This document shows positions 26,763 to 36,159 of a stretch of 36,226 nt of DNA, in pieces. The position numbers and the translations under genes were made by a program. The stretch is from NCBI GenBank assembly GCA_019058015.1, contig JAHLWH010000176.1, forward strand, positions 1-36,226, read 5' to 3'. A model generated the notes under the pieces. That model was given only the letters and a program-made list of their open reading frames with translations, did no database searches and was not told the origin of the DNA. This stretch comes from Promethearchaeota archaeon (GTDB taxonomy: Archaea; Asgardarchaeota; Lokiarchaeia; Sigyniarchaeales; SOKP01). Every line of letters begins with the position of its first letter. Within the stretch, counting starts at the first letter, position 1.

Positions 26763-29152
26763 GCATTTCTGGAGTAAAAAGAAAAACTACAGCTGCTGAG
26801 AGCACTCAAAAATATTTCCAAACTATATATTTAATAATTTCACACTTGAAACGTGAGGCAGATAAACAGAAAATTTTTGAATTAATTGGAATTAAAAATA
26901 AACTTCATAATGTGCTTATAGCAGCTGCTGCAATCCATGCATATCATAATTTAGGTATAAGAATACAAGATTCATCCAATTTAGCTCAAATCTCTGTGGA
27001 ATCTACATATAAAATTGAAAAAATGGAAAAAGATACTTTATTTAAAGAAATAAAATCATTTGTAAAAGATTCATTTGATTATGAGATAAAACTAAATAAT
27101 GAGAAGTTAAATTTAAGAAAGAACATAATAAGCTATTTACTAAATTGTAATAAGTTGGCTGGTTTTCAAAAAAAGCAAGAAGAACAGAAAATTAAACAAG
27201 AAATGGAAAATTTTCTTATGCTACTAATACAAAATTATCCTGAATATCATTTCTATGATTTTATTGGAGATCTTTTAGGATTTACCCAACAAATTAAAGG
27301 TGATATTATTGAAGAAGGATCAGAATTAAAAAGCATTTCTATTGAGATTGAGAAGGAACTAGCCTTAAAAGAAAAAGAAGATAAATATATTGAATTATCC
27401 TTAATTTCTCGATTAGAAGAAACGTTAAAAAAAAAATTTGAATTCAAGTCATTTAAAGATCTCCAAATGCAAACAATGTCTATTAGAATGATTTTAAGAA
27501 AAGCTTTAGAATTTAATTTTGATACTTTTCCCATTTCAAAACGTGCATTAAATTTATTTTTAAATGCAAATCAAACAAAACAAGAACTTGTAAATAAAAT
27601 TGAAAATGGTCTTCAACAAGAAAAAAATTATGAAGATTTTGAGAAAGAAATAATTGGATTCATATTTAATGATCTTGCTCAAATAAATAGTAAAAATGTT
27701 AATGATTTTGTCTATTACTTTCAAAGTTTAATGAATTATTCTTTTTCCGATACCATTTTTATTCTAAATAAGTTTGGTGTTTTTAACCTTAACCATCTTA
27801 ATAAAATTTCAATTGAAGTTGTAGAAAATGTTATAGAAACAATGAAGAATTTTAATATTGATAAATCAGATATTAATAAATTGCGAGATCCTCAAAAGAA
27901 TCCAATAATTATGGCAAAACTTTTTTATAATCATCTAAAAGAGACTCATCCTCAAGGACTAACTCCCTTGAAAAATGGAAATGAATTAAAATACATGGAT
28001 TTAATGGAACTATTCTCAGATGATAAAAATCAAAAAATAATTGAAAGAATTTGCAATGGTATTGGTACATCACCGAAAGAGTTAAAAACATATAATCTTA
28101 AGCATCAAATTATTAATAATCGAATTATAAAAAAATATAATCTTCAAAATTATTCTCAATTATTAAAAATATTAGAATACAAAGAAATTTTATTAAATCT
28201 CGCAAAAGAAATATATTTTAATATTTTTTCAGAAATTATTCGACACTTAGGTCGAATTCTTGAAGCATATATTAAAATCAGCGATGATAAATCATTATTT
28301 TTAAAAGGATTAGAAAGAATATTCGGTACAACAAGTACTGAAGGATGGGTTAGTGTTAAAATTGAAGAGTTAATGATTGAGAGAATGTTAAGAAGACAAA
28401 AAGAGCTAAGTAAGATATTTAACGCACAGAACAATCCTTTCTTAGTAAATGGTTTCATTTTGGCAAGACTTACAGATAAATCATTAAAAGAAGGTATTAA
28501 TGAATTAAAAACTGAAGTTAGTCCAATTTTTGAGGATTTTGTTTCATTAACATTAAAAGAAGAATATATGTCTCCAGTTTCTTATGTAATTGCATATGAT
28601 TTAATTCAAAGAATAAAAACATATGAACAGCTTAGAAAACTCAGAGTTGAAGAAATCTATGAAAAAAAGAAACAAAAAGAAGAAGAGAAGATAAAAGAAA
28701 TAAGAGAGAAACAAGAAATTAGCACGTTAAATTGGATAGAGAGAAAAATAACTTCATCATTAATGAGAATTACCAGTCCAGGAATAAATCCTAATCAATT
28801 ATATTGGAATGAAAAAGATACTAAAACAGCAGCTGAAAATTTAAAACTTCATAGTGAATTAAAAGGAGATCCTATTGAATTATTCTCTCAATATTATTAT
28901 TTTGCATTACAGAAAATAAAAGAACGCTGGGATCCCATCCGAATTCCGGCGTATGAAGACATAAAAGAAATAGTAATTAAAATTGCAACTCCAATTTTAA
29001 AAACGAGACTTAGTCGTGAGCCTACTTCTGAAGATTTTAAAGTAATGATTGAAGGAGAACGCTGGGGAATTGCTAGTAATATATCAAAAAAAATCGGAAA
29101 ATTTTTGGATAAAGCATTATATGAGAAATTCAAAACCCATCGAAAAAAATAA
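26747..29152 (+). CDS. Large helical/coiled-coil hypothetical protein, overlapping the previous gene
   Basis: 801-aa ORF, GTG start, 16-nt overlap; charged coiled-coil segment near the C-terminus. Confidence 0.8.
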   Translation: MDVILSISGVKRKTTAAESTQKYFQTIYLIISHLKREADKQKIFELIGIKNKLHNVLIAAAAIHAYHNLGIRIQDSSNLAQISVESTYKIEKMEKDTLFKEIKSFVKDSFDYEIKLNNEKLNLRKNIISYLLNCNKLAGFQKKQEEQKIKQEMENFLMLLIQNYPEYHFYDFIGDLLGFTQQIKGDIIEEGSELKSISIEIEKELALKEKEDKYIELSLISRLEETLKKKFEFKSFKDLQMQTMSIRMILRKALEFNFDTFPISKRALNLFLNANQTKQELVNKIENGLQQEKNYEDFEKEIIGFIFNDLAQINSKNVNDFVYYFQSLMNYSFSDTIFILNKFGVFNLNHLNKISIEVVENVIETMKNFNIDKSDINKLRDPQKNPIIMAKLFYNHLKETHPQGLTPLKNGNELKYMDLMELFSDDKNQKIIERICNGIGTSPKELKTYNLKHQIINNRIIKKYNLQNYSQLLKILEYKEILLNLAKEIYFNIFSEIIRHLGRILEAYIKISDDKSLFLKGLERIFGTTSTEGWVSVKIEELMIERMLRRQKELSKIFNAQNNPFLVNGFILARLTDKSLKEGINELKTEVSPIFEDFVSLTLKEEYMSPVSYVIAYDLIQRIKTYEQLRKLRVEEIYEKKKQKEEEKIKEIREKQEISTLNWIERKITSSLMRITSPGINPNQLYWNEKDTKTAAENLKLHSELKGDPIELFSQYYYFALQKIKERWDPIRIPAYEDIKEIVIKIATPILKTRLSREPTSEDFKVMIEGERWGIASNISKKIGKFLDKALYEKFKTHRKK

Positions 29153-29325
29153 TATAATAAAAGTAAGTATTTAATTCTTAATTATTAATTCTCCTATTAA
29201 AACAAATTTCTGAATGAAAATTAAAGAAATTTAAAAAAACCTAAGGATTTAAATAAATCTTAAATTATTTTAATAAATTAATTTTTCTTAATTAAATATC
29301 TTTTAATCATAATAAGTGCAAAAAA

Positions 29326-29604
29326 TTGGGGACCTTCACAATCTGGCTAAAAAACCAGCTCAAACATCTCATTATATCTAAATCAGAAATTATTATGGCT
29401 ATATTGGTTTTTAGTTTGGCGGTTAGTGGAGTTGCTGTTGCCGCAATTTTGAGATTTCTTGAATTTGACGGGTTAATTATTTTATTTTGTTCAATAATTA
29501 TTGAATTAATTTGTATTTCCCTCCTTTATTTTTTTCTAAAAGGTTTTTTAATATCAGAAGAACAGAAAAAGCCAATTAAAAAAGGAAAATTAAATAATTT
29601 ATAA
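29326..29604 (+). CDS. Small two-TM membrane protein
   Basis: Two hydrophobic segments and a basic tail. Confidence 0.7.
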   Translation: MGTFTIWLKNQLKHLIISKSEIIMAILVFSLAVSGVAVAAILRFLEFDGLIILFCSIIIELICISLLYFFLKGFLISEEQKKPIKKGKLNNL

Positions 29605-29628
29605 TATAATTACTTTAAAATTATTTTT

Positions 29629-30345
29629 TTAAAAATATTTCTCCCACTTTCTATCTCCATAACCATGATTAATTAAGAAATCCTTGATGTCTGATAATAA
29701 TATCTCTGGATTATATTCCCAAACTTCCCTCAAACTAAATGAAATGCAACGTAATTTCTTGATTTTTAAAAGATTTTTTATTAAATTCCCATATGTTGCT
29801 ACTTGTGGTAGGCTCCACAGGAACCTTCCCTCTGGTTTATAGTCAATAACTTTAATTAAATTTTCATTTGCTTGAATCAAATCAATATGTCCAGTTAAGG
29901 AGCCATTTTGACTTCTTTTCCAAACTGGAATTTCTATAGCAAGGGATTCCTCATCTTTTATAAGAATATTTTTTAATACGGCTTCATGATTGGGTTTTTC
30001 TTTTAAACCATTCTGTTTAAAATTTCTAAATACGCTTTGAACCATTTTAGAATATTTAGATATTTCATCTAATCGTTTTATTTTTCCTTGTCTTATCAAT
30101 TTTGTCTTAAATGATCCAAGTATTTTAGGATTAATTCCTGATAATTTAAATTGTGATATTCTTGGAAGATTATAATCATTAAATAGTTGATTTGGTATAT
30201 CTCCTTTTCCAATTCTTTCAAAAAAATTCCAAAGTTTAATAATATCTGGGTTATTTGAAATCTCTTTTAATTTTTTATGATTTTCCATATTCCAATTAAA
30301 GGAATAAACTAATCCCTTATGATGAAAATTCTTTCTTTTTATCAA
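29629..30345 (-). CDS. PD-(D/E)XK nuclease-family protein
   Basis: EIPVW, TGHIDLI, IDYKP and Q..TY (RecB/Cas4-like motifs, without Fe-S cysteines). Confidence 0.85.
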   Translation of the reverse strand: MIKRKNFHHKGLVYSFNWNMENHKKLKEISNNPDIIKLWNFFERIGKGDIPNQLFNDYNLPRISQFKLSGINPKILGSFKTKLIRQGKIKRLDEISKYSKMVQSVFRNFKQNGLKEKPNHEAVLKNILIKDEESLAIEIPVWKRSQNGSLTGHIDLIQANENLIKVIDYKPEGRFLWSLPQVATYGNLIKNLLKIKKLRCISFSLREVWEYNPEILLSDIKDFLINHGYGDRKWEKYF

Positions 30346-30492
30346 AAAAATAACTTTAAAATTGTTAATTCAATTTAATATTAGATTTATAAAAAGACAT
30401 AACTAATTGTTCTTAATAAAATTAAGATATTAATGAATTATTAATTTTACACGATTTTATTTGAGTATATTACCGACAATATCAAAAAAACC

Positions 30493-30546
30493 TTACTCTA
30501 ATTCTAAAAATAGACTAATTATGACGATTTGAACGTATAGAATCAT
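30493..30546 (-). CDS. Possible 17-aa hydrophobic small peptide
   Basis: GGAGGTG-TCA-ATG; MILYVQIVIISLFLELE*; a T7 tract follows 2 nt after the stop. Confidence 0.4.
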   Translation of the reverse strand: MILYVQIVIISLFLELE

Positions 30547-30553
30547 TGACACC

Positions 30554-30627
30554 TCCAAGAAGTAATTGAAGGGGATGAGATAACTCAATATTATATTAAT
30601 AGTTCAATTACTTCAAGAATTTTTGGA
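30554..30627. repeat. Inverted repeat/hairpin immediately downstream of tRNA-Arg
   Basis: GAAGTAATTGAA (30559-30570) / TTCAATTACTTC (30603-30614) perfect 12 bp, extended by TCCAA/TTGGA across an 8-nt bulge. Confidence 0.8.
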
Positions 30628-30640
30628 ATCCTTAAATTAG

Positions 30641-30749
30641 CGGACCTAGGCGGATTTGAACCGCCGACCCTCGGATTAGAAGTCCGATGCCCTATGTACC
30701 CATTTGAAGGTCTTAATAAATCTTTAAATCCAGGCTAGGCTATAGGTCC
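30641..30749 (-). tRNA. tRNA-Arg(UCU) with a 34-nt D-loop intron (30696-30729); CCA not encoded
   Basis: Acceptor GGACCTA/TAGGTCC, anticodon arm TCGGA-CTTCTAA-TCCGA, T arm GGCGG-TTCAAAT-CCGCC; removing the insert restores GCCTAGCCTGGATAGGGC. Confidence 0.93.
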
Positions 30750-31116
30750 ATTGATAGAATTATTTTTAATCTAAATCTATTTTTAAAGAAAAGGTCATTT
30801 CAGTTAAATTTTTCTTTTAAATTAAAAAGATGATATGATTTAATTTCAAAAATAATTTTGGCGTTTTAAAACATAAAAAAAACAATAAAAGGTAAAATCA
30901 ATAAGTTAATTTTGGAACATTCAATCCTATTAAACCCAGTGTATAAATAATACTAAATGGTTTTTTGCCAATTTCAATTAAATTAATAAACTTAAAAGAT
31001 AAATTTCTCGATGATAATTAATAATATAAAAATTTTTTTATTATTCAAAAGAGTATTAATAATCGCTTCTCTAAGATTATAATAATAATAATCATCTTTT
31101 GTTTGTGAAGAAATAA

Positions 31117-32163
31117 ATGAGTTTAGAAAATGAACTTGAAATAAAAAACCTCCAGAAAGAATTAAAAGAAAAAGAAGGTCTTATTATCCATTTAAATGAA
31201 AAAATATCACAATTGAAGTCAGAATTAAATGAAACCAAAATTGCAAAAGTTAAATTTGAAGGCGATTTGAAAGCAATAAATTCAGAAATGAAATTAATGG
31301 AGATCAAAATAAAAAACACAGAAGAAATGGAAGAAAAGGTTAAAAGTTTATCTTTAGAGCAAATGAAACTCAAACAACAATTATCAGAATATAGACAAAA
31401 GAATGAATATTTATTAAAAGATCGAGAAGATCTTTTGAATGAAAAAGCACAAATCTTAGAAGAAAAGAATGAAAGGCTTCAAGAATATGCTAATTTAAAA
31501 CTTAAAATGCAAGAGAGAGAGGTAAAAATTGCTGATTTAAAAGCCAAATTTAACAAGGCTTTAAGTCAAATTTTAATAAAACAAATGGATTTTGAAAAAA
31601 ATCTTAATAATCAGAAAGAGTTGGAAGAAACCAGAACGTTAATTTTTGAAGAATTGGTAAATTATAAGCAAAAAGTGGCGGAACTTCAACAAATAATTCA
31701 GAAAGATCACGAGGAAACTCAAAAAGTAGAATTTAAACAAGATATTAACCTTCAAGGAACAGGAATAATTTCAAATCTCTATGCTATGGAAAATTATTTC
31801 AAAAACCATATAAAAAACACTAAACGAAATATTCGATTAGTTTTACCAAATATTCGGGATCTCGAAAGATATGGTTTATTAGAAATTCTAAATAATTTAC
31901 CTGAAAATGTAAATGTTTGGATTGCAGGAAAAATTGATCAACAAGCCGATAATGGATTTATCCAAGAAATAAGAAAAAGATATCAGATTATTGATTATTC
32001 TAATGAAGGTATTTTTGCTTTAAATATAGATTCCGCTACTATTTCTATCGGAATAACAAGGCATAAAAAAACTATTGGAATTTTTACTGATTCAATCGAT
32101 TTAATTAATATATTTAAACCGACAATTATGGAACCGTTCATTAGAGGTAGAAAGGTATCATAA
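31117..32163 (+). CDS. Long coiled-coil protein with a C-terminal alpha/beta domain (possibly PLD-like/TrmB-C-like)
   Basis: About 200 aa of heptad E/K/L-rich sequence, then IKNTKRNIRLVLP...ALNID..TISIG. Confidence 0.7.
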   Translation: MSLENELEIKNLQKELKEKEGLIIHLNEKISQLKSELNETKIAKVKFEGDLKAINSEMKLMEIKIKNTEEMEEKVKSLSLEQMKLKQQLSEYRQKNEYLLKDREDLLNEKAQILEEKNERLQEYANLKLKMQEREVKIADLKAKFNKALSQILIKQMDFEKNLNNQKELEETRTLIFEELVNYKQKVAELQQIIQKDHEETQKVEFKQDINLQGTGIISNLYAMENYFKNHIKNTKRNIRLVLPNIRDLERYGLLEILNNLPENVNVWIAGKIDQQADNGFIQEIRKRYQIIDYSNEGIFALNIDSATISIGITRHKKTIGIFTDSIDLINIFKPTIMEPFIRGRKVS

Positions 32164-32176
32164 TTACCATATTTAC

Positions 32177-33310
32177 TTATTTGATTTTTACATCCATTAC
32201 AGTTAGATATTTATAAGGACTATATGTTTTAACAATTTTTGTTGTTAAGACTTTCTCAATATTAAAATTCAATTCTTCTAATTTTAATTTTAATTTCGTA
32301 TTGATATTTTTTAAAGGATAAGGTTCTCCAGAAATACTATAAAAATGAATAATCCCTTCTTTCTTTTTTATCATATTACATGCTACTTCTAAATAATCTA
32401 TTGAATTTTTAGGCAAATTCATAATTATTCTATCCATTTTATTTTTGAGTCTTTTTCCTAAATCATTATTTTTATTAAGAAGATCTTTAACATCCATGAG
32501 AAAACAAGTTATTTTATCCTCAACTTTATTAATTTTAATGTTTTCCTTCAAGTATTTAATTGCATCAGGATTTATATCCATAGCAAAAATTCTCGAATTG
32601 CACTTTTTTGCTATCTGAATTGAAAACGAACCTACCCCAGCAAATAAATCCAAAACGATATTATTTTCATTAATACCTGAATGCGTTATTCTCTGCCTTT
32701 CATGAACTAGTCTGGGAGAAAAAAATACTTTTTTAATGTCCAATTTAAAAAAACAGTTATTTTCCTTGTGTATTGTTTCTGATCTTTCCTCACCTGCTAA
32801 AAGTTTTAATCTTCTAGTTCTATATGCTCCTTTTCTTTCACTTTTTTTCTCAAAAACTGAATTAATACTTTTATTTACATTCAGTAACGCAATAGCAATA
32901 GTCTTTTTAATTTGGTCAAATCTTTCTATTTCGATATCTGTATTTTCTGGAAATTCAATAATTGCAAATCTTTTTGATTTTTTTGACCCAATTATATCAA
33001 AAGATCTTGGAATTAAATATAAATAGTTACTATCTAATTTATTTTTTAATTCCCCGATTATATCTTTAAATTTATATTTCTCATTAATTATTGGTTTGCT
33101 AACGATTATCTCCATAAATGGTTTTTGTTCAATTATTTTTATAATTTTTTCTTGAGCGTAAATCTCCTTTTTTAAAGGAAATAAAACATAATCTTGGTTC
33201 CTTAAAATGCGATATTTTTTTTCGATAATTTTTTTTTTTGAAAATAATTTTTTAATGGAGTTTGATTTTTCTCTCTCAATCTTTAAATAATGAATATTTT
33301 CTTCATTCAT
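32177..33310 (-). CDS. trm5: tRNA (guanine37-N1) methyltransferase, Trm5 family
   Basis: SFDIIG, HKEN, VFFSPRL..ER.R, DLFAGVG.F, DINP, RIIMNLP; ATG at 33310 preferred to the TTG at 33322. Confidence 0.9.
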   Translation of the reverse strand: MNEENIHYLKIEREKSNSIKKLFSKKKIIEKKYRILRNQDYVLFPLKKEIYAQEKIIKIIEQKPFMEIIVSKPIINEKYKFKDIIGELKNKLDSNYLYLIPRSFDIIGSKKSKRFAIIEFPENTDIEIERFDQIKKTIAIALLNVNKSINSVFEKKSERKGAYRTRRLKLLAGEERSETIHKENNCFFKLDIKKVFFSPRLVHERQRITHSGINENNIVLDLFAGVGSFSIQIAKKCNSRIFAMDINPDAIKYLKENIKINKVEDKITCFLMDVKDLLNKNNDLGKRLKNKMDRIIMNLPKNSIDYLEVACNMIKKKEGIIHFYSISGEPYPLKNINTKLKLKLEELNFNIEKVLTTKIVKTYSPYKYLTVMDVKIK

Positions 33311-33740
33311 CTGATAATTCAATATTCATTTCAATTAAATGATTTTCATTCTTTAATTTCTCAATCAAAATACGGCTTAAATCTTGACTTGATTTGGTGC
33401 AATTAATTAAAATTGTTCGGTCACAAATGAAATTACTCTTTCTAAAAACAATATCTCTAGAATTTATTAATTTTAAATCTTTGTGCCCCCATCCATAAAA
33501 AGTTTCACTTATATCATTTAATTTTATTACAACCTTGAATTTACTTTCTTTCCAAATTTCTTGTTTTAGTTTTACATTTAAATCAGAGCATGCTTTATCT
33601 GCTTTAATTCCTATTATACAATCTCCTCTTAAAGTTAAATCTCTCTCTTTTGTAATCTCAATAGTTGTGTTATGTGTCCCTAGAATGTTTGCATGACCGA
33701 ATGCTTTTATCACTTCTAAAGATTCCACCTTAAACCACAA
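33303..33740 (-). CDS. DUF371 family protein
   Basis: GH.NI...H.TT.EIT....LT.RGDCIIG, V.RKS.F...RT. Confidence 0.9.
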   Translation of the reverse strand: MWFKVESLEVIKAFGHANILGTHNTTIEITKERDLTLRGDCIIGIKADKACSDLNVKLKQEIWKESKFKVVIKLNDISETFYGWGHKDLKLINSRDIVFRKSNFICDRTILINCTKSSQDLSRILIEKLKNENHLIEMNIELSDE

Positions 33741-33752
33741 ATTTTATTAAAA

Positions 33753-35393
33753 TTAATTTTCAATAAAAAAATTTAAAATTTCTTCTAATGAATCGCTTTC
33801 AATCAGAGTGTTTTGAAAGTTTTTCTCTAAATAAGCCTTTAAGTCTTTTATTGGATGGGAAATAAATTCTTTTTTTTCATTAAATTGATTATAATAGATT
33901 TTTGGAACTAAAATTCCGCATTTTTGATATGATTTTGCATAATTTTTAAAAAAATCCACCGAATCCCTTATAGATTTTTTGTATAGCTCATTAGATTGAT
34001 CTGGAAATGAAATTGTTTCATTCTGACCAAATGGATAAGAATTACTTAATTCTAAAGGTACTATTCCAAAGAGGGTTGTCATAAAAATCACATGGATCAA
34101 TTTTCTATTTATCTCCTTAAAATTCTCTATAAAATTAAGCCATTTTTTTATGATTGGAGAACTCTCTCTATTAACATCTAATTCTGGTAATATTATAACG
34201 TATTTAACTGATTCAGGAACAATATAGGTGTTTTTTAAATACTTTATTTGGCGTGAAATTATTGGACGATTAAGTGTTTCTGAAGAAATGTAAAATAAAC
34301 CTCCTTTTTTATATCTTTTTTCATATTTTTCAATAAAACCAGAATATTTTTTTAATATATTTAAACCTTTAATTAAATTTGGATGGGAACGAGTTCTTAT
34401 TTCTACTAGTTCCCACAATTTCCCCTCCCTTATAGCTTGTCTAATTGTCTTTAATTCTGAATAAGATACATGTAAATTGTGTTTTGCCAATAATTCTGTT
34501 CTTAATTTTTTATTGAACGTCATCAGTTCTTTGGGACTAAAATTAAAACAAACCGGACAGTCGCAAGGAAATTCTTTTAATTGACTTAATTTCTTAGTTC
34601 CGGTAGATAAGGTAAAATAGCGCTCGTCTTTAGCGTATAACATAAAAGCTGCTGAATCCATAAAATCACACCCACAAGCAACAGCTAAAGAAAAAAATTG
34701 AGGGAGTCCTAAACCAAACATATGTAATGGTCTATTTGGAATAATATTTTTCTTAACAGTTAATAAAATATCAACTGCTAAATCAAAGCGATAATCGATA
34801 AATAATTTAACCAACCCTCCAATAGCATATATACTAAAATCTAATCTACTCATCTCTTTAGCACTCAACTCGAGCAAATCTTTATATTTTGCGCCATGAA
34901 TTGGCCCCATCCATTCAGATTTAGTTTGTCTCCTTCTTTTTATGTTTTCTTTTGCTCTTTCAATAGTTTTTAAAACTTTATTTTTTGCATCTTCGTAAGT
35001 ATCATTGGGTTGCACCGGGATATCTAAAATCACAGGAAAATCTGAACCAATATTCTCTTGGAAAATCTCAATTTCTTCCGGTTTAATATCTATTTTTTCA
35101 TTGTACATATATTGCTGAAAAGCTCCGGAATCTGTTGCAATAATACCATCATAATCTAATAATTTATGAATGCCATTCCTTAATGCTCTCTCTTTTAAAA
35201 TTTCATTTTGATGTAATATATATGCATTTGTAAATATACAATCGACCCCTAATCTTTTAAGCTCATACGGGGTAATTAAATTCCCTGAAGGTTTAACTAC
35301 AGCAAATAAATTAGGTATTATTAGATTTTTACCGTTCACTTCAATTTTTGCGATTCTTGCGAGTCCGTCCGTTTCAAAAATCTCGAAATTCAA
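33753..35393 (-). CDS. tgtA: Archaeosine tRNA-guanine(15) transglycosylase (arcTGT), no evident PUA domain
   Basis: DGLARI, TNAY, TDSGAFQ, LDIP, HMFG, DSAA, Zn site CDCPVC...HN, LWELVE.R.R.HP. Confidence 0.95.
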   Translation of the reverse strand: MNFEIFETDGLARIAKIEVNGKNLIIPNLFAVVKPSGNLITPYELKRLGVDCIFTNAYILHQNEILKERALRNGIHKLLDYDGIIATDSGAFQQYMYNEKIDIKPEEIEIFQENIGSDFPVILDIPVQPNDTYEDAKNKVLKTIERAKENIKRRRQTKSEWMGPIHGAKYKDLLELSAKEMSRLDFSIYAIGGLVKLFIDYRFDLAVDILLTVKKNIIPNRPLHMFGLGLPQFFSLAVACGCDFMDSAAFMLYAKDERYFTLSTGTKKLSQLKEFPCDCPVCFNFSPKELMTFNKKLRTELLAKHNLHVSYSELKTIRQAIREGKLWELVEIRTRSHPNLIKGLNILKKYSGFIEKYEKRYKKGGLFYISSETLNRPIISRQIKYLKNTYIVPESVKYVIILPELDVNRESSPIIKKWLNFIENFKEINRKLIHVIFMTTLFGIVPLELSNSYPFGQNETISFPDQSNELYKKSIRDSVDFFKNYAKSYQKCGILVPKIYYNQFNEKKEFISHPIKDLKAYLEKNFQNTLIESDSLEEILNFFIEN

Positions 35394-35456
35394 TTAATAA
35401 TTATCCTCAAATTTTTCTTCTTTTCATAATAAATATAGACTCTACAAATTTTATTT

Positions 35457-36059
35457 TTATTCAAAAAATTCATCAAGGTGATTATTTGTAAATAACTCTT
35501 CTAGCCAGTCTATCTTTCCTAACGCATATTTTTCAAAACCCATATCATTCTTAATTATTGAAACCATATCTTCAGCAATTTCTTCAAAATTTTCAATTGT
35601 TGTATCAATTTCCATAATCGTTTTTATTATCTTTTTTTCTAAGAGGAAAGAAACACAATCACCTAAAATTTCGGCTTGTACATTTTCCTTTATTTTCCTT
35701 TCTTTATAGTTCCTTTTTTCCAATCTACTCTTTAATACATCAGGATGGCATCTAAGAACAATTCCATAATCAATTAATTTATTAGGAACTAAATCGGATA
35801 AATGACCTTCAATGATAATTAATTCATAATTTTTACTTCTTTTCTCTAGTTTTATGATTTCTTTTAATCGCGGAATCAATGTTTTTTCATTTACTACCCA
35901 TGTTTCTCTTGCATTATCATAATTCAATGTGTGTTTTTCATTAATAATTAATTCATTTAAAAAAACACAAAATGTGTTTATTTTTCTACTAATTAGTTTT
36001 GTCAAAAAAGTTTTCCCCGTCCCGGGTGTTCCAGAAATAATACAAACTTTAGCTTTCAA
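35457..36059 (-). CDS. AK6/Fap7-type adenylate kinase/ATPase
   Basis: SGTPGTGKT, IIIEGH, VLRC.P..L..RL..R.Y...KI.EN..AE. Confidence 0.92.
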   Translation of the reverse strand: MKAKVCIISGTPGTGKTFLTKLISRKINTFCVFLNELIINEKHTLNYDNARETWVVNEKTLIPRLKEIIKLEKRSKNYELIIIEGHLSDLVPNKLIDYGIVLRCHPDVLKSRLEKRNYKERKIKENVQAEILGDCVSFLLEKKIIKTIMEIDTTIENFEEIAEDMVSIIKNDMGFEKYALGKIDWLEELFTNNHLDEFFE

Positions 36060-36159
36060 ATTGAAAATGATAAAAATTTTTCTTATGATATATTAAAAAA
36101 GTAAATTTTTTATTTAAATCCAAGATTATTAAACTTATTAATATATTTCTTGAGATTTT

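Noticed and set aside
29629-30345. Cas4 or a CRISPR-associated locus
   Set aside because: The Cas4 Fe-S cysteines are absent, and there are no cas genes or repeat-spacer array in the window.
29153-30749. Integrated element with att sites at tRNA-Arg
   Set aside because: No duplicate of the tRNA 3' end and no integrase were found by eye.
22548-33026. Tracked ORFs 22548..22730, 22890..23126, 24926..25192, 26202..26408, 27253..27534, 27909..28091, 28156..28458, 28897..29133, 31092..31373 and 32736..33026
   Set aside because: They lie antisense within longer coherent genes and have no independent support.
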